Part shown: positions 18,047 through 27,706 of the stretch, one piece after another
Layout of the letters: every line of letters starts with the position of its first letter
Position numbering within the stretch: the first letter of the stretch is position 1
IMG/VR virus record: IMGVR_UViG_3300027779_000011
Span: 1-64,000 of that record
Strand: one strand, 5' to 3'
DNA from: a virus
DNA: 64,000 bases
The notes under the pieces: model-generated
The model's input: only the letters and a program-made list of their open reading frames with translations
What the model was told of the DNA's origin: nothing
Databases searched by the model: none
Translations under genes and position numbers: made by a program

Positions 18047-18415
18047 TTTTTATCTTCCTTTTTTGTGGTTAGTGTGGAGGCTCGCCGCCTCACACCTTAA
18101 TATATTTCGGTTATAAAAAATATCTGAGTTTTGCGTATAATAATGGCAGGGCGAACATCGGGAGAAAAAGTTTATACAAACGTCTTTCGCTCATTATTAT
18201 CTTATTAAATATATCATTAGATGAACCTTTATGTTTTATTTAATGTTTGTCTAAAACTAATTTAGAGTTTATTTAATAGTATCAAAAAGATAACATCTAT
18301 AATAGATAAACTATCTATAGTAACGTAAAGAAATCAATACATCGAACATTGTTAGGTCAATGTGAATTGTAATATTATTTTTTTCATCCAGTATAACATC
18401 GGAGGTAATCAAAGC

Positions 18416-18640
18416 ATGTTAGCAGTAAAGGCGGAACAGAAGTCAAAAGAAAAGGTTGAGAAAGAGATTCAGGAAGGAATTGAAACCTTCTTAAGTAATG
18501 GTGGGGAGATTGACTATATTAAATCCAGTAAGTCTCAGGCTAAGAGGGCCAAGAGGACCAAGGTAGTTGAGACTAAGAAGAAAGAAACAAACACTGCAAA
18601 GAGTTTATTAGACCAGATTATGAATGATAAAAGTTTATAA
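18416..18640 (+). CDS. SutA RNAP-binding-domain-like protein
   Basis: EGIETFLSNGGEIDYI; GGAGG SD. Confidence 0.5.
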   Translation: MLAVKAEQKSKEKVEKEIQEGIETFLSNGGEIDYIKSSKSQAKRAKRTKVVETKKKETNTAKSLLDQIMNDKSL

Positions 18641-18839
18641 CAATTTAATTCCAGAGGAATTACAGAACATAAAAAAGGTTACCCCGATTAAAAAGGTTGA
18701 GGGTGATCGTTCTTATTTGGATGATGTATTCACACATGAGTATTCGTCTGAAGAGGACGACAAAGAAATTCTTACCTATGACAGTAGAGGTAAGTTAGTT
18801 CATATTAAAATAAAAAATAAAATCAAGGAGAAAAGTTAA

Positions 18840-19094
18840 ATGAGCACACTACATTGTTTTATGAAAGGTACGCTTTCCAATCCCGTTGGCCCCGAGACTG
18901 AGGTGTGGATTAATGTTCTAAAGGTAAATTCTATTATGGCAGACTCAGACGGAGGCTCCCATGTTCTATTGGGAGATGGCACCACTAGCTTGCGTGTACA
19001 CGAGTCACCTACGGAACTAATGAATACAGCCGCCTACCTTACTCCAGCTACTGAAACCAATGCTCCAATCTACTTTGGAGGGGAAGAAAATTAG
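18840..19094 (+). CDS. Hypothetical protein
   Basis: AGGAG SD. Confidence 0.55.
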   Translation: MSTLHCFMKGTLSNPVGPETEVWINVLKVNSIMADSDGGSHVLLGDGTTSLRVHESPTELMNTAAYLTPATETNAPIYFGGEEN

Positions 19095-19104
19095 TTTTAT
19101 ATAT

Positions 19105-19300
19105 TAAAAAAGACTTTTTTCTATAATACGACCCTTTGTTTTTTTCAGATAGGCCAAAAGGCTTTTTTCTGAGAGGCAAAGGGTCTTTTTTTTGAAAAAG
19201 GGTTAATGTTTTTTCTGTGAAAAACGCTATATAGGATTTTCTGTACAAAGTCAAAGGCTTTTTTTGAAACGAAATAAGCGGCACAGCGTTGTTTCTAGCA
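19105..19300. repeat. About 8 degenerate T-tract repeats with roughly 24-bp period
   Basis: T tracts ending near 19120, 19145, 19168, 19193, 19214, 19240, 19265, 19294, often preceded by AAAGG. Confidence 0.55.
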
Positions 19301-19491
19301 CCAGTCATTTTTATACATATGTGTATAAGGATGGGAACGCGTGTGTGCGTACAAAACGTGGACCAAAAAAAATTCTGGTACTAATTTTTCTAAAGAAACG
19401 TATAAGCGTATGTGTGTAAATGAAAACTTAAAAAATTTACTACTAATTTTTTCTAAGTTTATGTATAACTATCAATACCAAGGAGGTAGCG

Positions 19492-19764
19492 GTGATCAAC
19501 GATCTAATTAGGCTTGCAACACACTTGGATGCCAAAGGGTATTCAAAAGAGTCAGACTATCTTGACAAGATGATTAACAAGATGGCCATGGAAGAAGGTG
19601 ATGAAGAGGACTCAGAAGGGGCTCCAGAGCCAAAGTCTTCTAAGTGGCACAGAATGAAGATGATAAGAGTTGTTGAAGAGATGGACAAGAATGACTTTAA
19701 CTCGCTAAGCTTTGAGCTAAATGGGTACTCCGTAAGAGTTACCAAGAAGCGGGATGATGATTAA
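19492..19764 (+). CDS. Protein with shared N-terminal LxxLAxHLDxxG motif
   Basis: DLIRLATHLDAKGYSKESDYLD; AGGAGG SD. Confidence 0.7.
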   Translation: MINDLIRLATHLDAKGYSKESDYLDKMINKMAMEEGDEEDSEGAPEPKSSKWHRMKMIRVVEEMDKNDFNSLSFELNGYSVRVTKKRDDD

Positions 19765-20575
19765 GGATCTGATAAAGTTGGCGAACCACCTTGACAAGCT
19801 GGGCCTTACTATGGAAGCCAATAGCGTTGACTACCTCATCAAGAGTGCTCAGGCTACGGGAAGAGTGTCTGCTCTAAAGCATCTTCTTCAAGATACACTA
19901 AGAGAGCACGGCTACAAGGTTGGAAAGCCCGAAGACCCCGAAAACATAGACGATTCAGGAAGTCCGAGGTATATAAATGTTCCTTTGGATGTAACAAGTA
20001 ATAGTTGGGGCAATACAGACCAGGCTTGGTTTGCTTTTGCAAACAATGTTCTTCGCATACCAGCTATCGCAACAGATTGGCAGACCGTAGCACCGACAAT
20101 AGGGCAGGGGTATAAAGGAACTTTGGCCGGAATGATGAACCTTCTAGAAGACTTTGCAGGTGGTGGTAGAGCGAGGGTTGGTGCCGATATGGGTCATCAA
20201 GGAACCGAAGAGTTAGCGGAGCAAACAGATGCTCTGCAAAGAGGAATTGAGGATAAAGTACCTATTTTAATGGCTCCAGATGCCGCACAGCGAGGCTTTG
20301 AGTTTGAAGAAAGAAGGGATGATCTTGAGAGAGAGGCTTATAGGGCTAACCCTCCGGCTCAACCTAAACCAGATGTTCCGGCATCGGGCCAGGTAGCAAG
20401 GCCGGAGCAGACTGGAGAGACAACGTGGGAATATGCCGGATGGACTCAGGTTAGAAATCCGAATGGAACCATAAAACATTATATAGATGATGGGGGCCGT
20501 ACATTACATAGCCCAATGGCCAATACCAGAATAAGTGGGTACTCCCTAAATGACGCTCCCTGGGTTCAACAATAA
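19754..20575 (+). CDS. Protein with shared N-terminal LxxLAxHLDxxG motif
   Basis: DLIKLANHLDKLGLTMEANSVD. Confidence 0.75.
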   Translation: MMIKDLIKLANHLDKLGLTMEANSVDYLIKSAQATGRVSALKHLLQDTLREHGYKVGKPEDPENIDDSGSPRYINVPLDVTSNSWGNTDQAWFAFANNVLRIPAIATDWQTVAPTIGQGYKGTLAGMMNLLEDFAGGGRARVGADMGHQGTEELAEQTDALQRGIEDKVPILMAPDAAQRGFEFEERRDDLEREAYRANPPAQPKPDVPASGQVARPEQTGETTWEYAGWTQVRNPNGTIKHYIDDGGRTLHSPMANTRISGYSLNDAPWVQQ

Positions 20576-20599
20576 TAGCAATAATAGAGTAGTATAAGG

Positions 20600-21181
20600 G
20601 TGATGATGAGTAGGGTGTTTAAAGAGTTAGATAAGTTATACGACTACTTAAGTTCGGCGGGATTAAAAAAAGAATCAAGCGAATTAAAAGCTGTAATAGC
20701 ACAGTCTCAAAGCCTAACATACGAACCGTTGCCGGAAGAACCAGCGGATACTTCATCCGTTACATGCTCTAAAGAAGCAAACGGAAGAAAAGTGGAAGTC
20801 ATAGACCGCACAGTATGGACCGATGATTTGGCCAATAGCGTTACTAGCAACTTTGTGGGAGCAGAGTGGGGGAAAAAACATTTTGCTTCTGGCATATGTC
20901 TCAGGCTGATGCCAATACTAACGATGGGAGAGTATGGGGATGCTATGACCATGGAATTAAATGAAGCGTGGAGAAGTCTGCAAGAACCAATTATAATGGC
21001 CTTTCACAAAGGGAACGATGGTCTTATGCCAGATACTTTAAATGAGGGACAGAGAAGCGAAATAGTGGGGAGAGCCGCAAACCTTTTTGCAGGTGGATTA
21101 GACATTGTTAATAATAGGCTTAGTTTAAATTTTGAAATAAAGTTTACAAAGATTTATAAAGAACCAGAAATGCAGGTATAG
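20600..21181 (+). CDS. Protein with related N-terminal motif
   Basis: ELDKLYDYLSSAGLKKES. Confidence 0.7.
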   Translation: MMMSRVFKELDKLYDYLSSAGLKKESSELKAVIAQSQSLTYEPLPEEPADTSSVTCSKEANGRKVEVIDRTVWTDDLANSVTSNFVGAEWGKKHFASGICLRLMPILTMGEYGDAMTMELNEAWRSLQEPIIMAFHKGNDGLMPDTLNEGQRSEIVGRAANLFAGGLDIVNNRLSLNFEIKFTKIYKEPEMQV

Positions 21182-21185
21182 TCTT

Positions 21186-22193
21186 ATGGGTACTAAGAAA
21201 AAATTAAATAATTTATATAGCTACCTAGTTAGTGCCTCACTGTTTAGAGAAGCGGATAACATTCTTAAGATCAGTAACGCCGCTTACGAGCCTTCCCCAG
21301 AGGTCGTAGAGAGAGAGCGACAAAGGGAAGAGGAACTGAAAGAAAAAAGGCAGGACGAGTCGGCTTCTATAATAGATGCTATAATGGAACACTCGCCCTC
21401 AATGTTCACATCAAAACCGGAGTATCTCACTTCTGGAACCGAAGCTCACATCTTTAGGTCGGGAGAAAAAATTCTAAAAATAACTAAATCCCACGCAGAA
21501 GCGGGTATTGCTTCTGCGGCCAAAAGCACCCCGTATAGAGGAATATATAATGTTTATGAGGTCTACAAGGTGGGGACTGAGTGGGCTATTGTGGTTGAGT
21601 TCCTAGGACCGCAAGATAGCGAGATGTACTCGGCGGGTTCTATAGTATGGGAAGCGGTGGACCCAAAGAGGGGAGCCACAACAAAATCAAGAGATTTTAT
21701 TTTTAATAGTGATCTAAAGTTTATAGATGCAATAGAGAGAGTTACATCTCTAGTGGAAGAGGCGGGAACACTAAGCTATACAAATAACTGGACCTCAACC
21801 CCAACAGTTATCTCCAACCTAGGAGAAGAGGAGTCCTATGCCCTTAGGATGGTAATGGGGGCAAACGAACATATATCTCCGGCCAAAGGGAAGCTAAGGG
21901 GAACGGAGGAAAAGACCAAGAAGGGCTACTCAGGTGGAAAGCAGGTCGATGTTTCTTATTTAGAAATGGGGTTCCTTGATTACCTTGACGCAATAAAGAT
22001 TACCACTCAGACTGGTCACCTACAGGATCTAAAAGAACATTTAAAATATATCTATGATACCTTTGGAGTGCAGCTAACAGATATATCAGGTGGCAACTAC
22101 GGCTCAAGGGACGGAAAGATAGTCCTACTTGATCTAGGTTATTCATCAGGCGTTACTGCTCAAGATTATATTGATTTATCTGATAAAATTTAA
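21186..22193 (+). CDS. Protein-kinase-like fold protein with related N-terminal motif
   Basis: SGT..I..KILKIT, VEFL, DISGGNYG..IVLLDLG. Confidence 0.6.
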   Translation: MGTKKKLNNLYSYLVSASLFREADNILKISNAAYEPSPEVVERERQREEELKEKRQDESASIIDAIMEHSPSMFTSKPEYLTSGTEAHIFRSGEKILKITKSHAEAGIASAAKSTPYRGIYNVYEVYKVGTEWAIVVEFLGPQDSEMYSAGSIVWEAVDPKRGATTKSRDFIFNSDLKFIDAIERVTSLVEEAGTLSYTNNWTSTPTVISNLGEEESYALRMVMGANEHISPAKGKLRGTEEKTKKGYSGGKQVDVSYLEMGFLDYLDAIKITTQTGHLQDLKEHLKYIYDTFGVQLTDISGGNYGSRDGKIVLLDLGYSSGVTAQDYIDLSDKI

Positions 22194-22296
22194 TTAAAAA
22201 TAAAGTCGCGGCAGCAATAAATAATTTAATTATATATTTTTATACTAAATTATATGCCACTGATAATGCCTTATGTGTATTATCAGGGATTTTATT

Positions 22297-22494
22297 ATGC
22301 AGAACGAATGGAAGATCATTGGCTCAAAGGGCGATGAGTATACAATTAAAAAGACAGGCGATCATTTCACCTGTGAATGTCTTGGGTATCATCATCAAGA
22401 GCGGTGTTATCATATTAAAATGGTAAAGACTCATTTGGATACTGGAGCGCCGCTTACATCCAGAAAAGAAACCAAACTGTTTCAAGGAGAATAG
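22297..22494 (+). CDS. SWIM zinc-finger protein
   Basis: GSKG..Y..CECLG..CYHI. Confidence 0.7.
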   Translation: MQNEWKIIGSKGDEYTIKKTGDHFTCECLGYHHQERCYHIKMVKTHLDTGAPLTSRKETKLFQGE

Positions 22495-22495
22495 T

Positions 22496-23119
22496 ATGCC
22501 TAATTGGTGTTCAAATACTTTAAATGTTACCGGCCCAAGAGAAGCCGTAGAAGCCTTCATAAGTGCAGCCAGAGGACCGGGAGCAACATACAATGAATTT
22601 CACGGAGAAGAATGGGAAGCATTTGAAGACACAAGGAAAAAAGTCTTGGCCTCAAACATTCCAGAGCCGGGTCCGGTTCAAGACCTATCATTCCACGCTC
22701 TGTATCCCGTTCCAGAGGACGTTAGGCGCTTTGGGTATGATGATGGTCAGGCAACAAGACTAAGAGCGTCTATGGATGACTCTGTGGTTGGTATCTATGG
22801 TAACGGTGCTAACTGTGGTGGCTATGGATGGGAAACTAATCACTGGGGAGTCAAGTGGGGGGCAAGCGACGTTAATCTGACTACACAGAGCGCCCAATCC
22901 GGCCATAACATCGGTGGCGCAACTATGGCAACATATGAGTTCGAAACACCTTGGGGTCCACCAGACGGTCTTCTTTATAAGGTTTCAAAAGATTTTCCGG
23001 GGATTACCTTTAGCCTTCAGTTCTTAGAGCCAGGAATGGGGTTCGAAGGTAGAATGGAGTGGAAAGATGGGGAGCAGACTGTCGATGAATCTTGGGATTA
23101 TCAAGAAGAAAATTGCTAA
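22496..23119 (+). CDS. DUF1281/YubB-like ferredoxin-fold protein
   Basis: MPNWCSN..HWGVKW..FETPWGPP..EPGMGF. Confidence 0.75.
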   Translation: MPNWCSNTLNVTGPREAVEAFISAARGPGATYNEFHGEEWEAFEDTRKKVLASNIPEPGPVQDLSFHALYPVPEDVRRFGYDDGQATRLRASMDDSVVGIYGNGANCGGYGWETNHWGVKWGASDVNLTTQSAQSGHNIGGATMATYEFETPWGPPDGLLYKVSKDFPGITFSLQFLEPGMGFEGRMEWKDGEQTVDESWDYQEENC

Positions 23120-23443
23120 GATGAACAGGGTTAATCACAATAGTTAGTTACTCAACAATGATAATCATAATTAAATTGATACTTTTTATAACTGCGGTAT
23201 GGTAATCTATGCAATTGCTAAATTGCTATTTTTTTACGCTTCTAAAAAGAATAGGGGATGGACGATGACAAGCAAGACAGGTTTTTATTCAATCGCAGCA
23301 GCATTAGCCATTTTTACTCTAATCGGCTCCTTCCTCGTCTCTGATTCATCAGAGACTCCGAAGGCGTTGATAGAGTTCGGACAGCCAACCATTAATAACC
23401 CCTCAGATGTTTCGGAATACCTGCTTCAAGCAAAGGAGGACTA

Positions 23444-23863
23444 GTGATGCAAAGACTAGTTCACGAGGATAAAAGGCCAGACAACTGTGCTACAAGAGGG
23501 CTTCATCCAAACCTGCTTCCAAACGGATGGAGAGAGGTTTCCCATGAGGAGTTTTCTCAAAGTGCCTTTTTTACTTATTCTCCAACACACATAGAATATC
23601 GTCAGATGTATAACGATGACACCTTTTCCTCCAAAATGATTTCAGCGAGACTGTTTCACTTTAGCGATGGAACTGGATTTGCTATGAGCAATGATTACTG
23701 GGATAAAAAGGTTAGCTACTTTCGCTTTGGATGCGAACATAATTATCGCGAACTTTCGCCGGAACAATCCGGCGAAAGAGGTGTGAAGCACTTTGGAAGC
23801 TGCTTTCATGTTTATGAGTGTAATGAGTGTAACCACATAATGTCGCAAGATTCTAGCGACTAG
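23444..23863 (+). CDS. Hypothetical protein with C-terminal zinc ribbon
   Basis: CEH..CNEC..DSSD. Confidence 0.65.
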   Translation: MMQRLVHEDKRPDNCATRGLHPNLLPNGWREVSHEEFSQSAFFTYSPTHIEYRQMYNDDTFSSKMISARLFHFSDGTGFAMSNDYWDKKVSYFRFGCEHNYRELSPEQSGERGVKHFGSCFHVYECNECNHIMSQDSSD

Positions 23864-23873
23864 GGAGTAAGTT

Positions 23874-24350
23874 ATGGGCGCAGATATGTTGCTTTATTGT
23901 TGTGAAGATCCAACGGACTATGCAAAGGCATGGCCCGTTATACAGTACAGAATTGATAATATGAACAACGATCATCTGGATGGTATCGCTGAAGAGAGCC
24001 TCTGGTATGAGGCTCAAGAGGCTTGGGAAGAGATTAGTGATATGGATATTAAAGAAGATGATCTTTATCATCTAAATGACCTCTATCCTATAAAGATGAG
24101 GGAGATGGTAAGAGAGAAACTAAAAGAGGCTGTGAGCCAACTTATTGGATCTCCAGAAAGTGATTTTGGGAATTGGCGACGTGACGTTGCAACTATGACT
24201 TTGAATGGCGCATCCTATATGTTTACAGGAGGAATGTCTTGGGGCGATTCCCCCTCAGAAGCCTGCGAATACATGAGTCTAATTGAGACCGCAGGAATCT
24301 TTGATGGCATGGGAAGTGCTGATTTTGATTATGAAAGTTTCAAGGTGTAA
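23874..24350 (+). CDS. Hypothetical phage protein
   Basis: MGAD..TGGMSWGDSP. Confidence 0.65.
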   Translation: MGADMLLYCCEDPTDYAKAWPVIQYRIDNMNNDHLDGIAEESLWYEAQEAWEEISDMDIKEDDLYHLNDLYPIKMREMVREKLKEAVSQLIGSPESDFGNWRRDVATMTLNGASYMFTGGMSWGDSPSEACEYMSLIETAGIFDGMGSADFDYESFKV

Positions 24351-24877
24351 TACAATATGAATTTATTTATTTTGATATTTTTATCACTTGTGGTCGGATT
24401 CAATACCGGGCTGGCATTTCACCTATCAAATAAAATCGAAGAACAAAGGAAGATTATAGATAGTATAATACAAAGCCTTTTGGACCAAAAAACAACCTTT
24501 GATCTTAGTAGTAAATTAACACTGGAATATCTATCTAGGCTGGAGAGAGACATCTCCTTCCTATCCAGTATTCCGCCTAGCACAACAATCAATTAGGATA
24601 TTAAAATGAACCGATTTGACACAGTAAAGTTGACAGATGGAACGATTGCAACAATCATTGGAATAGAGAGGTTGCTTGGTGAAGCAACCGGACATGCCCT
24701 AGTTTCGATCATTGACACAGAGGGGCCGATTATAGTGAGCCTGAATGATACAACACTAATTAAGAAGTATGCTACACCAGCACTATATCCCCATATTGAC
24801 GATCAGGCGGTGTGACTATCTACTACTATTTGATGTAGATTTGCGAGACATAATCTTTTAGATTTATTGGAGGGTTT

Positions 24878-25261
24878 GTGCCTAAATCTTGGAAATATGG
24901 ATTAATAAAAATAGAGCACCCATCTATTGATGAGGAAGAATACTGTGAACTTGTAGAGCTATACGCTTGCTTGAGTCAAGATGAATACAACTCCGGTTAT
25001 GCCGCAGAGGGAGATATAATATTTAATTCGTTTTGCAAAGCGAGAATTAATTCAATAGAAGAACTTTCTGCTGCGTATAATGATGCAATGAAAGACGGAG
25101 TTAATAATTGGTTTGCAGAAAATGGAACCTTTTCAATAGACGATGATGAGTTTTGGGATTGGCAGAGCAATAAGAAACATTTAGACCGTGCTTTGAATAG
25201 TGAGAACATAGATGCTTACGAAGAGGAAGTGGAACTTTATACAGTTTATGGCGGAGAATAA
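24878..25261 (+). CDS. Hypothetical protein, paralog of 60958-61353
   Basis: WKYGLIK..LVELY..SFC.AR..SIEE..DG.N.WF..NG.F. Confidence 0.7.
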   Translation: MPKSWKYGLIKIEHPSIDEEEYCELVELYACLSQDEYNSGYAAEGDIIFNSFCKARINSIEELSAAYNDAMKDGVNNWFAENGTFSIDDDEFWDWQSNKKHLDRALNSENIDAYEEEVELYTVYGGE

Positions 25262-25969
25262 CAAAACCACATACGAGTTCTCCATAACAATAATTGGTAA
25301 TGGAGAAAGCGTTGATGAGGCGTTTCAAAGCGCCTTAGATAATCTATCTAATGACCCATATAGCGTAATAACGAATGAAGTTATATATGTTATAGTAGGA
25401 GGAAACATTGCAGAAGAAGAAACAGAAGAGTCAACAGAAGAGTCCGGCGAACAAGAGGAATTCGAAAACTAAAAGTAAAAAGCGTAAGATCGGCTATAAT
25501 CCCGAAGACATTATGCTTTGTAAAAGTTTTGCAGGACCAGACATTTCAATGCGCGTACTATCTAAAGTTGATAGGCCATCCACTCTAAAGCAAGATATGG
25601 ATGACGGGATTCGCTTACAAGGATTTTGGGGCTGCTTAACGAGCAAGAAGGACCAGATGGCACTTATAGATAGCGGTGTTCCTTATGACAGAAAAGAGAA
25701 ACTAGGAGATTGCGAATCTTTCGTATTTGACTGGCAAATTATAAAGGTCTTAAAAAGAAATAAGAAGGGTGGCTGACAAAAAATGTATGTTTTAGAAAGA
25801 ACCGGTGTTAGCTGGGACGTTAGATTTTATTCTGGCGGTATCATGTCAAATCATCTGCAAACATTCGGCTCAATTGAATCTGCTAAAAAATTCGATAATC
25901 GTTCCGATGCAGAGGCAGAAAAAGATCGTTTAGATCTGGAGATTGGAATTTACACAATGGTGACAGGCG

Positions 25970-26923
25970 TTGATGACTTCAAACTATAAAATAAAACTTG
26001 GTTACGCATGTATCAATACGCAGCTTTCTGACGGACCCAAGCACTCTAGAGTTACTACAAACAGGAGTATGATTAGGAGAACCTTTGACCAAAAAGGGAT
26101 ACCTTATGTTTCTGAGATTGTTTTAAAAAATGTAACAGACTTAAATAAAATTTTAAAGTGGAATCTAGATAACAAGATATACTTCTATAGAATGTCATCA
26201 TCCTCATTCCCTTGGGCTTCGGAATATGCACTAGAGAGTCTACCCGAATATGAAGAGATTTGTTTTCAGTTAAAAAAAGCTGGAGACTTTGCCAAACAGA
26301 ATGATATTCGAATCACATACCATCCGGGTCCATTTAACAAGTTGTGCTCTCCAAAAGAAAATGTTGTTCTAAATACAATTAAAGATCTTAATCATCATGC
26401 CGAAGTTATGGATCTCATGGGGCTTTCACAAACTCCCTATAACAAGATCAATATCCATGTTGGTGCGGCATATGATGACAAAGTAGAAGCGGCAAAGACC
26501 TTCTGTAAAAACTTTAGTCGCCTATCTGAATCATGTCAGTCCAGACTGACAGTTGAAAACGATGACAAAGCGTCCTTATTTACCGTAAAAGATCTTTATC
26601 AAAACGTATATTCGAAAATACTTATTCCAATTGTATTTGACTATCATCACTACAGTCTTCATCCGGGAGATATGAACGAGAAGGACTCTCTTGAGTTATC
26701 ACTATCCACATGGGGTGGAATAAAGCCTGTAGTGCATTACTCTCAGTCCAGATCTGTAGAGCATGACAACCCTAAGATAAAGCCGCAGGCACACTCTGAT
26801 AGCTACTGGAAGGCTCCCAATACATATGACTACAGCTTTGACATGATGCTTGAATGTAAGCACAAAGAGCTTGGGCTATACAAAATTAGAGAGCTCATGA
26901 GAGATACTAATATTGTAAAATAA
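25970..26923 (+). CDS. uvsE: UV DNA damage endonuclease
   Basis: LGYACIN, RMSS, HPG, INIHVG, RLTVENDD, FDYHH, HYS, AHSD, MLECKHKE. Confidence 0.92.
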   Translation: MMTSNYKIKLGYACINTQLSDGPKHSRVTTNRSMIRRTFDQKGIPYVSEIVLKNVTDLNKILKWNLDNKIYFYRMSSSSFPWASEYALESLPEYEEICFQLKKAGDFAKQNDIRITYHPGPFNKLCSPKENVVLNTIKDLNHHAEVMDLMGLSQTPYNKINIHVGAAYDDKVEAAKTFCKNFSRLSESCQSRLTVENDDKASLFTVKDLYQNVYSKILIPIVFDYHHYSLHPGDMNEKDSLELSLSTWGGIKPVVHYSQSRSVEHDNPKIKPQAHSDSYWKAPNTYDYSFDMMLECKHKELGLYKIRELMRDTNIVK

Positions 26924-26929
26924 TATACA

Positions 26930-27703
26930 ATGAGAAATGTCTTTAAAAAATCATTTTATAAAATAGCAAAGCCTTCTGTTAACGAATTTATATACAAAAA
27001 TAAAAACACCTTATTTCCTAGAAACTCTATATTTTTCTCCGAAGGGTTTGCCTTTTGCGTTTTTTCAAAAATGTATAGCTGTGACGTTATCATAGAATCT
27101 GGAGTTCGATATGGCGGATCAACAAGGATGATTCTTAATTATTTTGACAACGATGTAACTATCCACTCTAATGATCTCTTGATTCAGCACAAAGAAGATG
27201 TAGAAAATACTATTGAGAATATCTCTTTAGAGTATCCAAGTAGAAGCTGGTCATTTCATCCCGGAAAAGGTGAAGAGGTTGTTTATGACTTGGCCAAAAG
27301 CTATCAGGGGACTGGAAAAAGAATAGCCATAATGATAGATGGGCCAAAGTATAAAAGCGCAGTAGACCTATCAAGAGTCTGTCTTCAGCTCGATGAAGTT
27401 AAGTTTGTATCTATACATGATATGGGACAAATACCTTACAAAAGGCTAAGGGGTCGAGAAGAAAGAAACTCTATTGAAGATATAAGGGGTATGGATAATC
27501 ACATATTTAATACAGACGCACTTTGGTATCGCAAAAAGTTTGCAGACCGAATAGATGATGAGATTTGCGGTGCAAATCCAAGCAAAGACTGGGGCATATG
27601 GAGAAAAAAATACCTTCATGGGTGTGGGCTATCTTTCTTGATTAATCCAAAAAATGAAAAAATATTTGCCAGCAACTCGGAAAATATTTTTTATAGTAAA
27701 TAA
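26930..27703 (+). CDS. Methyltransferase-like protein
   Basis: IIESGV.YGGST, IDGPK, IHD. Confidence 0.55.
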   Translation: MRNVFKKSFYKIAKPSVNEFIYKNKNTLFPRNSIFFSEGFAFCVFSKMYSCDVIIESGVRYGGSTRMILNYFDNDVTIHSNDLLIQHKEDVENTIENISLEYPSRSWSFHPGKGEEVVYDLAKSYQGTGKRIAIMIDGPKYKSAVDLSRVCLQLDEVKFVSIHDMGQIPYKRLRGREERNSIEDIRGMDNHIFNTDALWYRKKFADRIDDEICGANPSKDWGIWRKKYLHGCGLSFLINPKNEKIFASNSENIFYSK

Positions 27704-27706
27704 AAA

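Larger units (their letters stand above)
1160..18132. promoter_or_regulatory. Motif B: repeated putative early promoter AAGTTAGAT-ATTTTTTATAATCNNAA-TATANN (about 20 copies)
   Basis: + copies near 1160, 2095, 2377, 2843, 3827, 4848, 5544, 6627, 7498, 8852, 10130, 10205, 11418, 14581; - copies near 3727, 6519, 8757, 12343, 12973, 18101; usually 20-50 bp upstream of an SD+ATG; 17-bp spacer. Confidence 0.85.
2058..18179. repeat. Motif A: dispersed 21-bp repeat CGGGAGAAAARGTTTDCAAAA (19 copies)
   Basis: + at 2058, 3536, 3790, 6240, 6590, 8309, 8816, 10094, 11385, 12033, 12414, 13043, 14538, 17027 (degenerate), 17525, 18159; - at 4788, 5507, 7218; outlying partial copy at 47331. Confidence 0.92.

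Noticed and set aside
2058-18179. Motif A as a CRISPR array
   Set aside because: Intervals are about 250-2500 bp and contain genes; orientation is mixed; no cas genes seen
2058-18179. Classical integron
   Set aside because: A lacks the attC palindrome and RYYYAAC..GTTRRRY ends; units carry their own promoters; no intI in the window
21460-21481. Motif A-like match inside the kinase-like gene
   Set aside because: Partial match, lies within a CDS and lacks the GTTT core
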